In this document: one piece after another, positions 40,193 through 50,778 of the stretch
Layout of the letters: the number at the start of each line of letters is the position of its first letter
Numbering within the stretch: the first letter of the stretch is position 1
Assembly: GCA_965198175.1 (NCBI GenBank)
Contig: OZ240245.1
Coordinates: 448,001-512,000, forward strand
Reading direction: 5' to 3'
DNA: 64,000 nucleotides
Source of the DNA: Candidatus Poribacteria bacterium
GTDB taxonomy: Bacteria > Poribacteria > WGA-4E > PCPOR2b
Made by a program: the position numbers and the translations under genes
The notes under the pieces: generated by a model
Seen by the model: the letters and a program-made list of their open reading frames with translations, nothing else
What the model was told of the DNA's origin: nothing
The model's database searches: none

Positions 40193-42124
40193 ATGATTCA
40201 GAACATCAATCGGATTACGATAATTTTTCCGCTGTTGCTGCTGACAGTCGGTTTTGTTGCGGGGTGCGGAAGGGGAGATTCCGCGGAAGAAAAAACAGCG
40301 GAAATGGCGATGGATAGCATGGCAGAACATGCCGAACACACAGAACACGATCTCGTCCCCGTTATGTCAGAAGATGAGAAAAAGATTAGATACTGGACGT
40401 GTGTGATGCACCCATCGGTCAAGATGCCCGATAAGGGAAGTTGTCCCGTGTGTAAAATGGATTTGATTCCAGTTTACGAAGGTGTCGGACTCACACTTAC
40501 TGAAAAACAGAAAGCCTTGATTCCGGTTCGCACCGAATCCGTTGAATTCCGCAACCTTAGCCGTGAAATTCGAACTGTGGGTGTTCTGGACTACAACGAA
40601 ACGCGCATGGCATATGCTTCGACCCGTGTCTCTGGCTGGATTGAAAACCTGCACGTTGACTTCACCGGCATCAACGTCCGCGAAGGCGATGAACTCCTTT
40701 CGATTTATAGCCCAGAACTGTTAGCGGCTCAAGGGGAGTATCTCACCGCATTGAAGAGTGTTGATGAATTGAAAAATACGCAGTACGCCGAGCTGAAACG
40801 CACCGTTGAACAGACCCTTTCTGCGGCAAAATCCAAGCTGGAACTGTTTGGACTGACACCGGAACAGATTGATGACATCCGCGAGCACGGTGAAGCGCGG
40901 ACAACACTGCCGTTGTATGCGCCTAGTGGCGGAACGGTCATCCACATGAACGTTTACAAGGGACAACATGTGAATCGCGGCACGAACCTCTATCGAATCG
41001 CGGATCTGAAAAGCCTGTGGATTATCGCGGATATCTACGAATACGAACTGCCGTGGGTCTATATGGGACAAGATGTCGAGATTACGGCGCAGTCAATGCC
41101 TGGCCAAACATTTCATGGGAAAGTCAACTTTATCTATCCATATTTTAACGCGCCAACTCGAACGCAGAAAGTCCACATTGAAGTGCCAAACCCAGGCGGA
41201 CAGTTGCGTCCGGGGATGTATGTCACCCTTCGACTGAAGCCCACACTAGCGGAAATCTACGCTCGTGAGGCTCATCCCAAAGATGCGTATGTGTGTCCAA
41301 TGCATCCATGGATAACTTCTGAGATTCCCGGTGAATGCACAATCTGTGGAATGGATCTTGAATCAGCGCACCCTGAAGCGGCGGTCTCGGAGCCGATGGA
41401 AACTGTCTGGACGTGCCCGATGCATCCACAAGTGCAGCAATCCGAGTTCGGTGAATGCGACATCTGTGGCATGGACTTAATTGAAAAACAGGTGCCGGCA
41501 GATGCCCATGCCGGTCATAGCAACGTCGAGATGAAATCATTGGACGAAAGCGCGATGCAAGAGACATGGATTTGCCCCATGCATCCACAAGTTCAATCGC
41601 ATGAACCGGCAGAATGCGACATCTGCGGCATGGATCTGATGAAGAGCACGGCTCCAGTTAAATCGACCGCCAATGAAGGAGAGATTTCTGCGCGACGGGA
41701 GCCTCCGCTGATTTTCAAGTATGCCTGTCCCGACCACCCTGACCAGTATGCCACACTGCCGGACAAATGTCCTATAGATGGAAAGGCACTCGTGATGACA
41801 GGGGGAGTCTTGGCAGTATCTAAACGTGCCGTTATCGACACCGGTCTACGGAAGATTGTCTTCATCGACCGGGGCAAATCTGGCTATGAGTTACTTGAAG
41901 TCGAGTTGGGTCCAGAAGCGTGGGCAGAGGTAGAGCACAACGGTCACACAACTAAACAACGATTTTATCCGGTTGTGAAAGGGTTGAATCCCGGGGATAT
42001 GGTCGTCACTAATGGGAATTTCCTCCTCGATTCACAAACGCAATTAACCGGTTCAGCGGCGGGTGCGTATGGCGGCGCACTCGGTGGAGAAGAAGGATCT
42101 AGCACACCATCGCATCGGCATTGA
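40193..42124 (+). CDS. cusB: CusB-like RND periplasmic adaptor with five heavy-metal-binding domains
   Basis: GWIE.L, IYSPEL and LRPGMY motifs; five C-x-(M/D)-HP...C-x-x-(C/D) units. Confidence 0.88.
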   Translation: MIQNINRITIIFPLLLLTVGFVAGCGRGDSAEEKTAEMAMDSMAEHAEHTEHDLVPVMSEDEKKIRYWTCVMHPSVKMPDKGSCPVCKMDLIPVYEGVGLTLTEKQKALIPVRTESVEFRNLSREIRTVGVLDYNETRMAYASTRVSGWIENLHVDFTGINVREGDELLSIYSPELLAAQGEYLTALKSVDELKNTQYAELKRTVEQTLSAAKSKLELFGLTPEQIDDIREHGEARTTLPLYAPSGGTVIHMNVYKGQHVNRGTNLYRIADLKSLWIIADIYEYELPWVYMGQDVEITAQSMPGQTFHGKVNFIYPYFNAPTRTQKVHIEVPNPGGQLRPGMYVTLRLKPTLAEIYAREAHPKDAYVCPMHPWITSEIPGECTICGMDLESAHPEAAVSEPMETVWTCPMHPQVQQSEFGECDICGMDLIEKQVPADAHAGHSNVEMKSLDESAMQETWICPMHPQVQSHEPAECDICGMDLMKSTAPVKSTANEGEISARREPPLIFKYACPDHPDQYATLPDKCPIDGKALVMTGGVLAVSKRAVIDTGLRKIVFIDRGKSGYELLEVELGPEAWAEVEHNGHTTKQRFYPVVKGLNPGDMVVTNGNFLLDSQTQLTGSAAGAYGGALGGEEGSSTPSHRH

Positions 42125-42152
42125 TGCCAAACCGTAATCACAGGGAAACGCT

Positions 42153-45100
42153 ATGGTCAACCGAATTATCGAAATCTGCATGGCTAATCGCCTCCTCGTC
42201 CTTGTTACATTTGTGTTCTTGACAGCCGCGGGCTGGTGGGCGCTGAATCGAACCCCGATTGATGCAATTCCCGACATCGGCGAAAATCAGGTCATCGTGT
42301 TCGCCGATTGGCCCGGTAGAAGTCCGAGAGACATCGAAGATCAGGTAATCTACCCGCTTGGTATTGCCATGCTTGGCATCCCCGATGTCAAAGATGTCCG
42401 ATCTTCCTCAATGTTCAGTTTCGGTTACATCAACATCATTTTCAAAGAGAACGTGGACTTCTATTGGGCGAGAACCCGCGTACTCGAACGGATGAATCTC
42501 GCGCAGAAGGACATGCCCGAAGGGGTCGTGCCGGTGCTGGGACCGGACGCAACCGGTATCAGTCAGGTGTTCTGGTACACCGTCGAAAACGGCTATTACT
42601 GTTCTGACCATCCGACAGAACGGTACGATCAATCCGGAAAGTGCCCCGTAGATGGAGAGCCGCTGGTTGCCTCAAGGCTTGACTTGCATGAACTCCGCAC
42701 TTTACAGGACTGGACGATTCGGTACTATCTCGCATCAGCCGACGGGGTATCGGAAGTCGCATCCGTCGGGGGTACCGTCAAACAGTATCAGGTTGATGTT
42801 GATCCGAACCTGCTTTTGGCGTACAACGTGCCGCTTTCGATGGTCTATAACGCGGTTCGTGAAAGCAACGTCGATGTCGGCGCGAAGGTAGTTGAGGAAG
42901 GTGGGATGGAGTTCCTTATTCGGGGCTTAGGGTTCATAAAAAGCATTGAGGATATCGAAGACATTGTGGTCAAGGCGCACGATGGTGTGCCGGTGTACGT
43001 CAAGAACTTAGGCACTGTGACGGAAGGCCCCGACTTCCGCCGTGGCGCATTGGACAAAGCGGGCGTTCCAGCGACCGGTGGAGTGGTGCTGATGCGTTAC
43101 GGCGATAATCCGTTGCGTGTTATCGAAAATGTGAAAGCGAAGATTGCTGAACTTGAACCCGGTCTGCCGCCGGGGGTTCGCATCGTTCCCTTCTATGACC
43201 GAAGTCATCTGATTCACCGCGCGACAGGAACACTAAAAGACACGCTCATTGATGAAATCATCGTCGCGGCTGTTGTCATTGTCTTCTTCTTAGGTCAGGT
43301 GACCAACAGCCTGATTATCGCGCTGGTATTGCCGTTGGGTGTGCTACTCTCGTTTTTAGGCATGAAGCTCGTCGGCTTGCCGTCGAATATCATGTCAATG
43401 GGCGGGATGGCGATTGCTATCGGCGTTATGGTGGATGCGGGCATCGTCATGACGGAAAACATCACCCGTCTGCTGCGGGAACCGCATGAAGGCGAGAGCA
43501 AACTGGAGGTCGCAACTCGCGCCGCAAAGGAGGTCGGACCGGCAATATTCTTCGCTATGCTAATCATCATCGTCGCGTTTATCCCTGTATTTTCGTTGAC
43601 GGGACAGGCGGGCAAATTGTTCAAGCCGTTGGCGTTTACCAAAACCTTCGCGATGCTCGGCGCGGCGATTGTCGCGATCAGCCTGGTTCCGGTACTGGCG
43701 TCGTTGCTGATTTCTGATCCAACGCGCCGCCCCAATATTTTCGGTCGAACTCTTTCAATCTTCGGTTTGCCTCTGAGAAAATTCGCCGACGGTATCACGT
43801 GGGTCCTGAAAACCATGTACGGTCCAATCATTCGATTTGCTGTCAAGAACGTCTTTACCAAACTGGCTGTGGTCGGTTTGGCGGCGGCGATTTCGATCGT
43901 CAGTATTCCGCTGACCCCCTTCTACAAAAATATCGGGCAGGAGTTCATGCCGCCACTCAACGAGGGCGATTTGCTGTTCATGCCGGTGCTGTTGCCCGGT
44001 GCGTCGATTACGCAAGCCAAAGATGTGATGGCAAAGCAAGACATGATAATGAACCGTTTCCCCGAGGTTTCGATGGTGGTGGGCAAACTCGGCAGAGCGA
44101 CAACCGCAACCGATCCCGCTCCAATTGGGATGTTTGAAACTATCGTCAACATCATTGACCCTTCTACGTGGCCACGGCGTGCCGTCAAAACAGATGCCAC
44201 AGCGAGACTGGTTTCCGACATTGCCGAACGACTTCTGAGTGCCGAAATTCTGAGCAACGAGCATGCGGGGCATTTTAGTGCAGATGTTACGGCGCGCATC
44301 GCCGCTGATGCGGCGGCACGGATTGATGAAATGGCGACAGAGTATCACAATCCCTATATCACAATTGAAGAGCGTGAGAAGCTGTACCGAATTTGGTTGT
44401 TACGGGTGATTATGGAGAAACTTCTCACGCAGATGGACGAATCTAGTCAACTGGGTGATAGCGCATCAGAAAGCCAACTTCACGCACTCGCCTCCGAGAT
44501 TGAACCCACGCTTGAGCACAACACCTACTTTCGCACAAAAACACGCGCCGAACTAATTAACGATCTTACCGAATCGTGCCGAATGCCCGGCGTTTCTCCA
44601 ATTATGACCCAGCCGATTCGCAACCGCATCGACATGTTGGCGACAGGTATTCAGACGCCGATTGGTATCAAGGTGTTCGGAACAAATCTGGCAAAGATTG
44701 AGGAAATTGCGGTTCGCATTGAGCAGGAATTGCTCAAACTTCCCGGTGCCGTAGGACCGTATGCCGAGCGGATTGGCAACAAACCGTACCTTGAACTTCA
44801 TATCGATCGGAAAGAGGCAGCGCGCTACGGGATTGAGATTGGGGCGGTGCAACAGATTATCATGACCGCGATTGGTGGCATGAACCTCACAACGACAGTC
44901 GAAGGGCGGGAGCGCTTTCCCGTTCGGATTCGCTATAAACGAGAATTGCGTGACAACGTCGAAGCGTTGAAACGGGTGCTGGTTCCAACACCCAAAGGCA
45001 TACAGATCCCGCTTGGGCAATTGGTCAGAATCGAGCGCCGCCCGGGACCAGCGAAAATCTCATCTGAAAACACGCTGTTGTTTTCCCGGGTGTTCTGCGA

Positions 45101-45806
45101 TGTGGATGCCGATGTCATCGGGCTGGTCAACTTCGTGGAGATAGCGCAGAAGACACTCGACGAGAAAATCAAACCGACATTACCACAGGGATATTTCTAT
45201 TCGTTCAGTGGGCAGTACGAAGCGGAGTTGGAAGCCCGTTCCCGGTTACTGGTTGTTGTTCCGGCTTGCATCGCGGTGATTTTCATGCTGCTTTATATCA
45301 AGTTCCGTTCGCCGTCCGCAATGCTGGCGATTTTCCTCGCGCTTCCGTTCGCTTTTATCGGAGGTATGTGGATGCAGTGGCTGATGCAGTATGTGCCCCC
45401 CGCGCTAGGCGGCGGCTATGCGATTAAGTACAGCACCGCCGTGTGGGTCGGATATATCGCCCTTTTTGGTGTCGCTGTCGAAGATGGGATTGTGTTGATG
45501 GAATACCTGCTTGAACGGGTACGACGGGGCGAACCGGTCAAGGAAGCCGCCGTCAACGCGGGATTGTTGCGTGTGCGTCCCATCATCATGACGACCGCTA
45601 CGACGGTGCTTGCACTCGCGCCGATTATGCTGTATGAAATCAGCACCAACACTGGGGCAGAGTTGATGAAACCGATTGCCGTGCCGACGTTCGGCGGGAT
45701 GATCACTGCGACGGCTGCCAACCTGATTTTAGCTCCCGTTCTGTTTTCACTGTTTTATCGCGTCGAAAGTTGGCGTCCGAAAACGAGCCTGTTATTTTCT
45801 TCTTGA
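42153..45806 (+). CDS. cusA: CusA/CzcA family heavy-metal RND permease
   Basis: DAIPD, LGPDATG, EFMPPLNEG, DPAP..MFET, RIDMLATG and RVRPIIMT motifs. Confidence 0.93.
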   Translation: MVNRIIEICMANRLLVLVTFVFLTAAGWWALNRTPIDAIPDIGENQVIVFADWPGRSPRDIEDQVIYPLGIAMLGIPDVKDVRSSSMFSFGYINIIFKENVDFYWARTRVLERMNLAQKDMPEGVVPVLGPDATGISQVFWYTVENGYYCSDHPTERYDQSGKCPVDGEPLVASRLDLHELRTLQDWTIRYYLASADGVSEVASVGGTVKQYQVDVDPNLLLAYNVPLSMVYNAVRESNVDVGAKVVEEGGMEFLIRGLGFIKSIEDIEDIVVKAHDGVPVYVKNLGTVTEGPDFRRGALDKAGVPATGGVVLMRYGDNPLRVIENVKAKIAELEPGLPPGVRIVPFYDRSHLIHRATGTLKDTLIDEIIVAAVVIVFFLGQVTNSLIIALVLPLGVLLSFLGMKLVGLPSNIMSMGGMAIAIGVMVDAGIVMTENITRLLREPHEGESKLEVATRAAKEVGPAIFFAMLIIIVAFIPVFSLTGQAGKLFKPLAFTKTFAMLGAAIVAISLVPVLASLLISDPTRRPNIFGRTLSIFGLPLRKFADGITWVLKTMYGPIIRFAVKNVFTKLAVVGLAAAISIVSIPLTPFYKNIGQEFMPPLNEGDLLFMPVLLPGASITQAKDVMAKQDMIMNRFPEVSMVVGKLGRATTATDPAPIGMFETIVNIIDPSTWPRRAVKTDATARLVSDIAERLLSAEILSNEHAGHFSADVTARIAADAAARIDEMATEYHNPYITIEEREKLYRIWLLRVIMEKLLTQMDESSQLGDSASESQLHALASEIEPTLEHNTYFRTKTRAELINDLTESCRMPGVSPIMTQPIRNRIDMLATGIQTPIGIKVFGTNLAKIEEIAVRIEQELLKLPGAVGPYAERIGNKPYLELHIDRKEAARYGIEIGAVQQIIMTAIGGMNLTTTVEGRERFPVRIRYKRELRDNVEALKRVLVPTPKGIQIPLGQLVRIERRPGPAKISSENTLLFSRVFCDVDADVIGLVNFVEIAQKTLDEKIKPTLPQGYFYSFSGQYEAELEARSRLLVVVPACIAVIFMLLYIKFRSPSAMLAIFLALPFAFIGGMWMQWLMQYVPPALGGGYAIKYSTAVWVGYIALFGVAVEDGIVLMEYLLERVRRGEPVKEAAVNAGLLRVRPIIMTTATTVLALAPIMLYEISTNTGAELMKPIAVPTFGGMITATAANLILAPVLFSLFYRVESWRPKTSLLFSS

Positions 45807-45964
45807 GAATTTACTCGAGATTGTCTATCATTCCTGAAAAGGAAATACCGTCGCACAGACTGTCAGAAGGGGTCGCTCTTTCCTACTATTCTCATGACGA
45901 CATGTGAAATGGAGAAGTCGCCCGTTTTATGAACGAAAACTCTGACCAGAGGAGTATAAAACGA

Positions 45965-47329
45965 ATGAGACATCATTTAACCTCCAGAGTTTTTGCCGTC
46001 AAACTGTTGCGTATCGGTTTCGTATATCTCATATCAATCTCCCTTTGCGCTGCACAGGAAACAGGACAAGAAAGCGCTGCCGAACTTATGGCCAAACTTT
46101 TTTCTGACAAAGAAGAGATATGGCGTTCTGCTGTCCAAGCTGTTGCTCGGCTAGAGGATAATGTCGTTCTAACCTTGGCTGAAGAAGCAAGAAAGAAACC
46201 GGAACGTTCCTACAGAGTGGAGGTAATCTTTGAAAACCTCACGAGTGCAGCGGCAAAAAGAGAACTGATTGCCCTTCTCGACGATAAAGATGAGCGAATT
46301 TGCAAGATAGCGGCTCGTGGCTTGATGAAGCGTGGTGAGAGCTCTGTCGCCCCAGCATTGACGAAAGCGATGAAACGGGTTCAGGATAGTTTCGTACGTT
46401 GGAACATCGCCTGTGCATTATGGGAAGTCGGGCCGAATGACCAATCTGCTGAAGCAATTTTAAACGTCGCCAGAAAATACAAAGGACAAGTCAAGGACGA
46501 ATTGTTTATGATTGTAGATAATCCGGTTGGTCGCAGACATATGACCGAAGAGGAAAGGTTAAACTTTTTGCTTAATTACAAATTGGGGATAATCGCTGGG
46601 GGTTCTAATGCACTGGAGATTAGCCTGAACCCCCGGGAAGAATTTGAACGGAAACTCTTGTCGGAGGCTGATCGGCTTTTCTCGGAGAAACACCGGACTC
46701 AGGTGGTTGATATTATGCTTGTTCGACTGTGCGATAGAGGTTCAACGGTGGCGGCTTTGCTACTCGGCACCTTTAAGGAACCCAAGGCACTTCCATACCT
46801 TCAAAAGTGGTTCATTGAATCTGACATCTACTATGGGTGGGAAGGCAATTGGAATGAACTGGACTACTATCAATTCCCTGACCGCCATTGCTATGAGGAA
46901 GCCATCAAGCACATCACGGGAAAGCCGATTAACGAGGTCATCAAGTTGACGGAGAAACAGGTGACGCAACTGGTCCAACGATACCGTCAAGCAAAGTCGT
47001 ACAATGGTGAATCTGAACTCTACGTGTTGTTTCGGTTAAAACCGCATATTGCTCGCGAGGAAGCGACTCGGAAATTCAGGAATTTAACGAATGAGGAGCG
47101 TTTTAGATTTTCTCACTTGATGGAAGATCTCTTGCCAAAGGGACTTTTGCAAACTGAAGTCCGTAGGTTATTGGGAAAACCGGACAAAATTCAGGAGTCA
47201 TCATGGTTTTACGACTGTGGAAATAGCCCAATTGACGTTCCCTATGTTTTGGCTATTACTTTTGATAATGATAGGGTTACAAAAATAGACGTTATAGAAA
47301 TAGACCGTGGGCCACACAAAGATGAGTAG
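45965..47329 (+). CDS. HEAT-repeat protein with a SmpA/BamE-like C-terminal motif
   Basis: LI.LL.D.D..I...AA..L repeats and EVRRLLGKPD. Confidence 0.65.
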   Translation: MRHHLTSRVFAVKLLRIGFVYLISISLCAAQETGQESAAELMAKLFSDKEEIWRSAVQAVARLEDNVVLTLAEEARKKPERSYRVEVIFENLTSAAAKRELIALLDDKDERICKIAARGLMKRGESSVAPALTKAMKRVQDSFVRWNIACALWEVGPNDQSAEAILNVARKYKGQVKDELFMIVDNPVGRRHMTEEERLNFLLNYKLGIIAGGSNALEISLNPREEFERKLLSEADRLFSEKHRTQVVDIMLVRLCDRGSTVAALLLGTFKEPKALPYLQKWFIESDIYYGWEGNWNELDYYQFPDRHCYEEAIKHITGKPINEVIKLTEKQVTQLVQRYRQAKSYNGESELYVLFRLKPHIAREEATRKFRNLTNEERFRFSHLMEDLLPKGLLQTEVRRLLGKPDKIQESSWFYDCGNSPIDVPYVLAITFDNDRVTKIDVIEIDRGPHKDE

Positions 47330-47531
47330 AAATAACAGCGCATTTGAAAGGCGAAATATCCGATCAAACCATTGAGCATCCAGCACCCCGGTAGAGCGAG
47401 GGAATAGGCAAATTTCCGGCTGGGCGAATTGACTCACAACGCAAAAGAGAAAAAGGGGATTGGAAGAAAGGGAAGCGTGAAAGCAATCTTGCAACCTTCC
47501 ATTCACCATCTCACGTTTTTTGGAGGATGTT

Positions 47532-48149
47532 ATGAAACTGAAAAGGATGTGCGGTCTTGCGCTTCTTACAGGATTGCTTTTAATGCCCAGATCCGGAATC
47601 GCAATTGAACTTGATCGAAATCAGCACGTCACCAATCGCGTGATCCTAACTATGGGGGGAGGAATCACGATTTTTGACAAAGAACTCGAATCCGATTTCA
47701 CGCAAGAAATTACGCTGGGAGCACAGTTAATTCCCAATGTCCTGCACCTCACAGTGCCCCTTAGCTATTATAGAGTTGATACCCTTGGCGGTATTGACGA
47801 TGTCCTGCCGCTCGGTACACTCAGCGTCAACGCAGTCGGGCTTGCACTGACTTTGGTGACACCGGGGCGATGGTCACCCTTTGTTGGAGTTGGTGGCAAT
47901 TTCTACTCGTTCGGCGAAAATTTTGGAACGCCCGTGAACATTCAGAATACATTTGGGATGGAAGGTTGTGGCGGCTTGCGAATCCGTCTGATTGAAAATA
48001 TTTTAGACGCAGCAAAACTCCACGGCGTGATAGGCTATCAATTTAGCCGATTGAAACCGGGCATCAGTATGCCGAACAAACCGGAGATTGATGCCCTGTC
48101 CCTGAATCGTCATTATGTGGTGTTTCGGTTGGAACTGTCCGGCTTGTAG
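47532..48149 (+). CDS. Outer-membrane beta-barrel protein
   Basis: Signal peptide, SPFVGVGG motif and alternating strands. Confidence 0.65.
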   Translation: MKLKRMCGLALLTGLLLMPRSGIAIELDRNQHVTNRVILTMGGGITIFDKELESDFTQEITLGAQLIPNVLHLTVPLSYYRVDTLGGIDDVLPLGTLSVNAVGLALTLVTPGRWSPFVGVGGNFYSFGENFGTPVNIQNTFGMEGCGGLRIRLIENILDAAKLHGVIGYQFSRLKPGISMPNKPEIDALSLNRHYVVFRLELSGL

Positions 48150-48357
48150 CTTACCGATATAGATTAGGTGTTTTCGCATCGCTATCTACTTTGATTCAAC
48201 CTCCTCAAACTTTTCCTTGACGCATTTGTCTGATTTGTCTAATATAGGGACAATGTTCGCATACACGCCGTGTGATCGAATTTCCTACGCATGAATTCTC
48301 TGTGAAGCTTCCAGCATCAGACAGATGTAAATCAAGTGAAATAGAGGGGGATTTTTT

Positions 48358-50598
48358 ATGCCTCAATTTTGGATATCAATTCACGTCCCACCGCAGTTGG
48401 CTCAGCGAAGTGGAAAACACTTTCTCCTGCTGTGGCTGCTGTTATGTCCGCTCATTGCGAGCGCACAACCAGAACCGATGCAACCTCGCACTTCAGCCTA
48501 CCGAATTTCCCGGAACATCAAGATTGACGGGTACCTTGATGAACCGGCGTGGCAAAACGCACAGCCAATCAAGCGATTTCTCCAAATTCAACCGAACCAA
48601 GGGGAACCGATGACGCAGCCATCGGAAGTGCGGATTCTTTATGATGAGAAGAATCTCTATTTTGGGTTTACCTATTTTGACTCGGAGATTGAAAAACTCG
48701 TTGCTAATGAGATGCGTCGGGATTCTGATGGTCTTCGTTCCAACGACTACGGTTTTCTGCTTTTGGATACCTACAACGATCGGCGAAACGCGGTTTTCTT
48801 CCGTTTCAACCCGTTGGGCGGGATGGAAGACACGGCGGTGTCGAACAGCGGCGATAGCCTGAATGGGAGCTGGGATATGGTTTGGGAGTGTCGCAGCAAA
48901 ATCAGTGTGGACCGCTGGACATCGGAGATTGCTATCCCGTTCAGTCAACTCCGCTTTAAACGAAGCGACGTGATGACATGGGGGTTGAACTTCGGACGGG
49001 AAATCGCGCGGAACCAAGAGATTGGTGCGTGGAATCCGGCGCCGAAGACGTATGGCCCGCTGGGAAAGTACCGCACCGCCTATTTCGGCAGTCTCGTTGG
49101 TTTGGAGGGTATCTCTCCGTCGCGGCATCTGGAGTTGCTGCCTTATGTGTTGTCGGGTGCAAGTCGCGTCGCAGCAGAGGGGGAGACGGATATGGTGTTT
49201 GAGGGCGGCTTGGACCTGAAGTACGGGGTAACCCCGAATCTGACTGCCGATTTGACCATTAACACTGACTTCGCCCATGTCGAAACCGACCAAGAGCAGG
49301 TCAACCTCACCCGCTTCGATCTCTTTTTCCCTGAGCAGCGTCCGTTTTTCTTGGAAGGGGCTAGTATCTTCGATGTCGGGATTCCGCGTCCCAGTTTCCA
49401 TCGCCCGCCGCCCTTGTTACTCTTTTACAGCCGTCGCATCGGCCTTGCCGGTGAACTCGCGATTCCGATACTCGCCGGGGGAAAGATGACCGGGAAAGTC
49501 GGAGCCTACAATATCGGGTTTCTGAACGTGTTGACGGACGAGTTTAAGGATGACGAGTCTCGCACGGGTCAGAGTTGGGTCGATGAACCGCGCACAAACT
49601 ACTCGGTAATGCGCGTGACCCGGGACATCTTTAGCGGGTCATCCGTCGGTGTAATCACCATCAATAAGCAGGATGCTGACGTATACAACCGCACGGCGGG
49701 ACTTGATTTTTCGTATCGCCCGGAGCGGGATATCAACATCCGTGGGCTTTGGGCGCGCACGTTTGAAGAAGATGTCTCCGAGCAGAGCGACGCCGTCTAC
49801 TTTGGGGGCGATTGGCGAACTAATCTGTTTCAACTCGACGGGTCCTACACAGACATCGGCGAGCGCTTTAATCCTGAAGTTGGATTCGTACAACGCAGTG
49901 GTGTCCGCCGCTTTCGTGGGGACGCTCGCTATACGCCGTGGCCGCGGGCATACGGCATTCGCCGTATTGCGATTGGACCGGAGTTTGACCTGGTTCTCAA
50001 TCGGGATGGCGAATTAGAGACTCAAGAGATAACCTTCGACACCCGATTTGCACTTGAAACGGGCGATTGGATTAGCTTCCAGGTCCAGAACACGACAGAG
50101 CATCTGGGCGAAGCGTTTCCGATTCAAGGAGTCATCATCCCGGTCGGTGAATACAATTTTACGTCATTTGAGACATCAATCTGGACCAGTAACAGCCGGA
50201 AGATTTTTGGGGAACTACAGGTTCAACTCGGCGAATACTATAACGGCGACAGACGTGGTTTTCGGATTGAGGCGGCTGTCAAGCCGAGTATGCGGCTCAG
50301 TATAGAGCCGCTGGTTGAGCTCAACCGCATCACATTCCCTAATAATAAGGCGTTCAATGCCAACGTTTTCGGGGGGCGTGTGGGCTACTCCTTTTCGACA
50401 ACGCTCTTTACCAAGTTGTTTGCACAATGGAGTAGCGAAAAGGACGCAATCACCACCAATTTTTTGATTAACTACATCTACCGTCCGGGCAGCGATTTTT
50501 ACTTGGTTTTCAACCAGAACTACGATACCCGCGGCGGCGGGGCGGATCTCCTCGACTGGACGCTCGTTGCGAAGCTGACGTATTGGTGGAATCCGTAA
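48358..50598 (+). CDS. DUF5916 outer-membrane protein with CBM9-like N-terminal domain
   Basis: IDG.LDEPAW, EIAIPFSQLRF, NTDFA.VE.D...VNLTRF.LFFPE.RPFFLEG motifs. Confidence 0.88.
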   Translation: MPQFWISIHVPPQLAQRSGKHFLLLWLLLCPLIASAQPEPMQPRTSAYRISRNIKIDGYLDEPAWQNAQPIKRFLQIQPNQGEPMTQPSEVRILYDEKNLYFGFTYFDSEIEKLVANEMRRDSDGLRSNDYGFLLLDTYNDRRNAVFFRFNPLGGMEDTAVSNSGDSLNGSWDMVWECRSKISVDRWTSEIAIPFSQLRFKRSDVMTWGLNFGREIARNQEIGAWNPAPKTYGPLGKYRTAYFGSLVGLEGISPSRHLELLPYVLSGASRVAAEGETDMVFEGGLDLKYGVTPNLTADLTINTDFAHVETDQEQVNLTRFDLFFPEQRPFFLEGASIFDVGIPRPSFHRPPPLLLFYSRRIGLAGELAIPILAGGKMTGKVGAYNIGFLNVLTDEFKDDESRTGQSWVDEPRTNYSVMRVTRDIFSGSSVGVITINKQDADVYNRTAGLDFSYRPERDINIRGLWARTFEEDVSEQSDAVYFGGDWRTNLFQLDGSYTDIGERFNPEVGFVQRSGVRRFRGDARYTPWPRAYGIRRIAIGPEFDLVLNRDGELETQEITFDTRFALETGDWISFQVQNTTEHLGEAFPIQGVIIPVGEYNFTSFETSIWTSNSRKIFGELQVQLGEYYNGDRRGFRIEAAVKPSMRLSIEPLVELNRITFPNNKAFNANVFGGRVGYSFSTTLFTKLFAQWSSEKDAITTNFLINYIYRPGSDFYLVFNQNYDTRGGGADLLDWTLVAKLTYWWNP

Positions 50599-50778
50599 AG
50601 GTACGTGTTCTGCGAAAGGAATCCCCTTAGCGGAGCCATTCCGTGTCGTCCGACATCCCGTACGACTCTGGCTCTGTTTGATGGGTGTATGCCTACCCGC
50701 TCAAATGCATAAAACCCATGCTAGAGAAACCCGAAAAAAGACCAAAACATGCAGCTTTGACTTAAGGAGGCACCTAAT

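Noticed and set aside
41289..41791. DNA-level repeats in cusB considered as an array or DGR template
   Set aside because: Explained by duplicated metal-binding protein domains; no reverse transcriptase nearby.
47470..47500. GGAAGCGTGAA...TGCAACC resembling a c-di-GMP-II riboswitch
   Set aside because: Too short, and lacks the internal stem and pseudoknot segments.
48493..49401. 302-aa antisense ORF and similar shadow ORFs
   Set aside because: They lie opposite well-supported genes and have no motifs.
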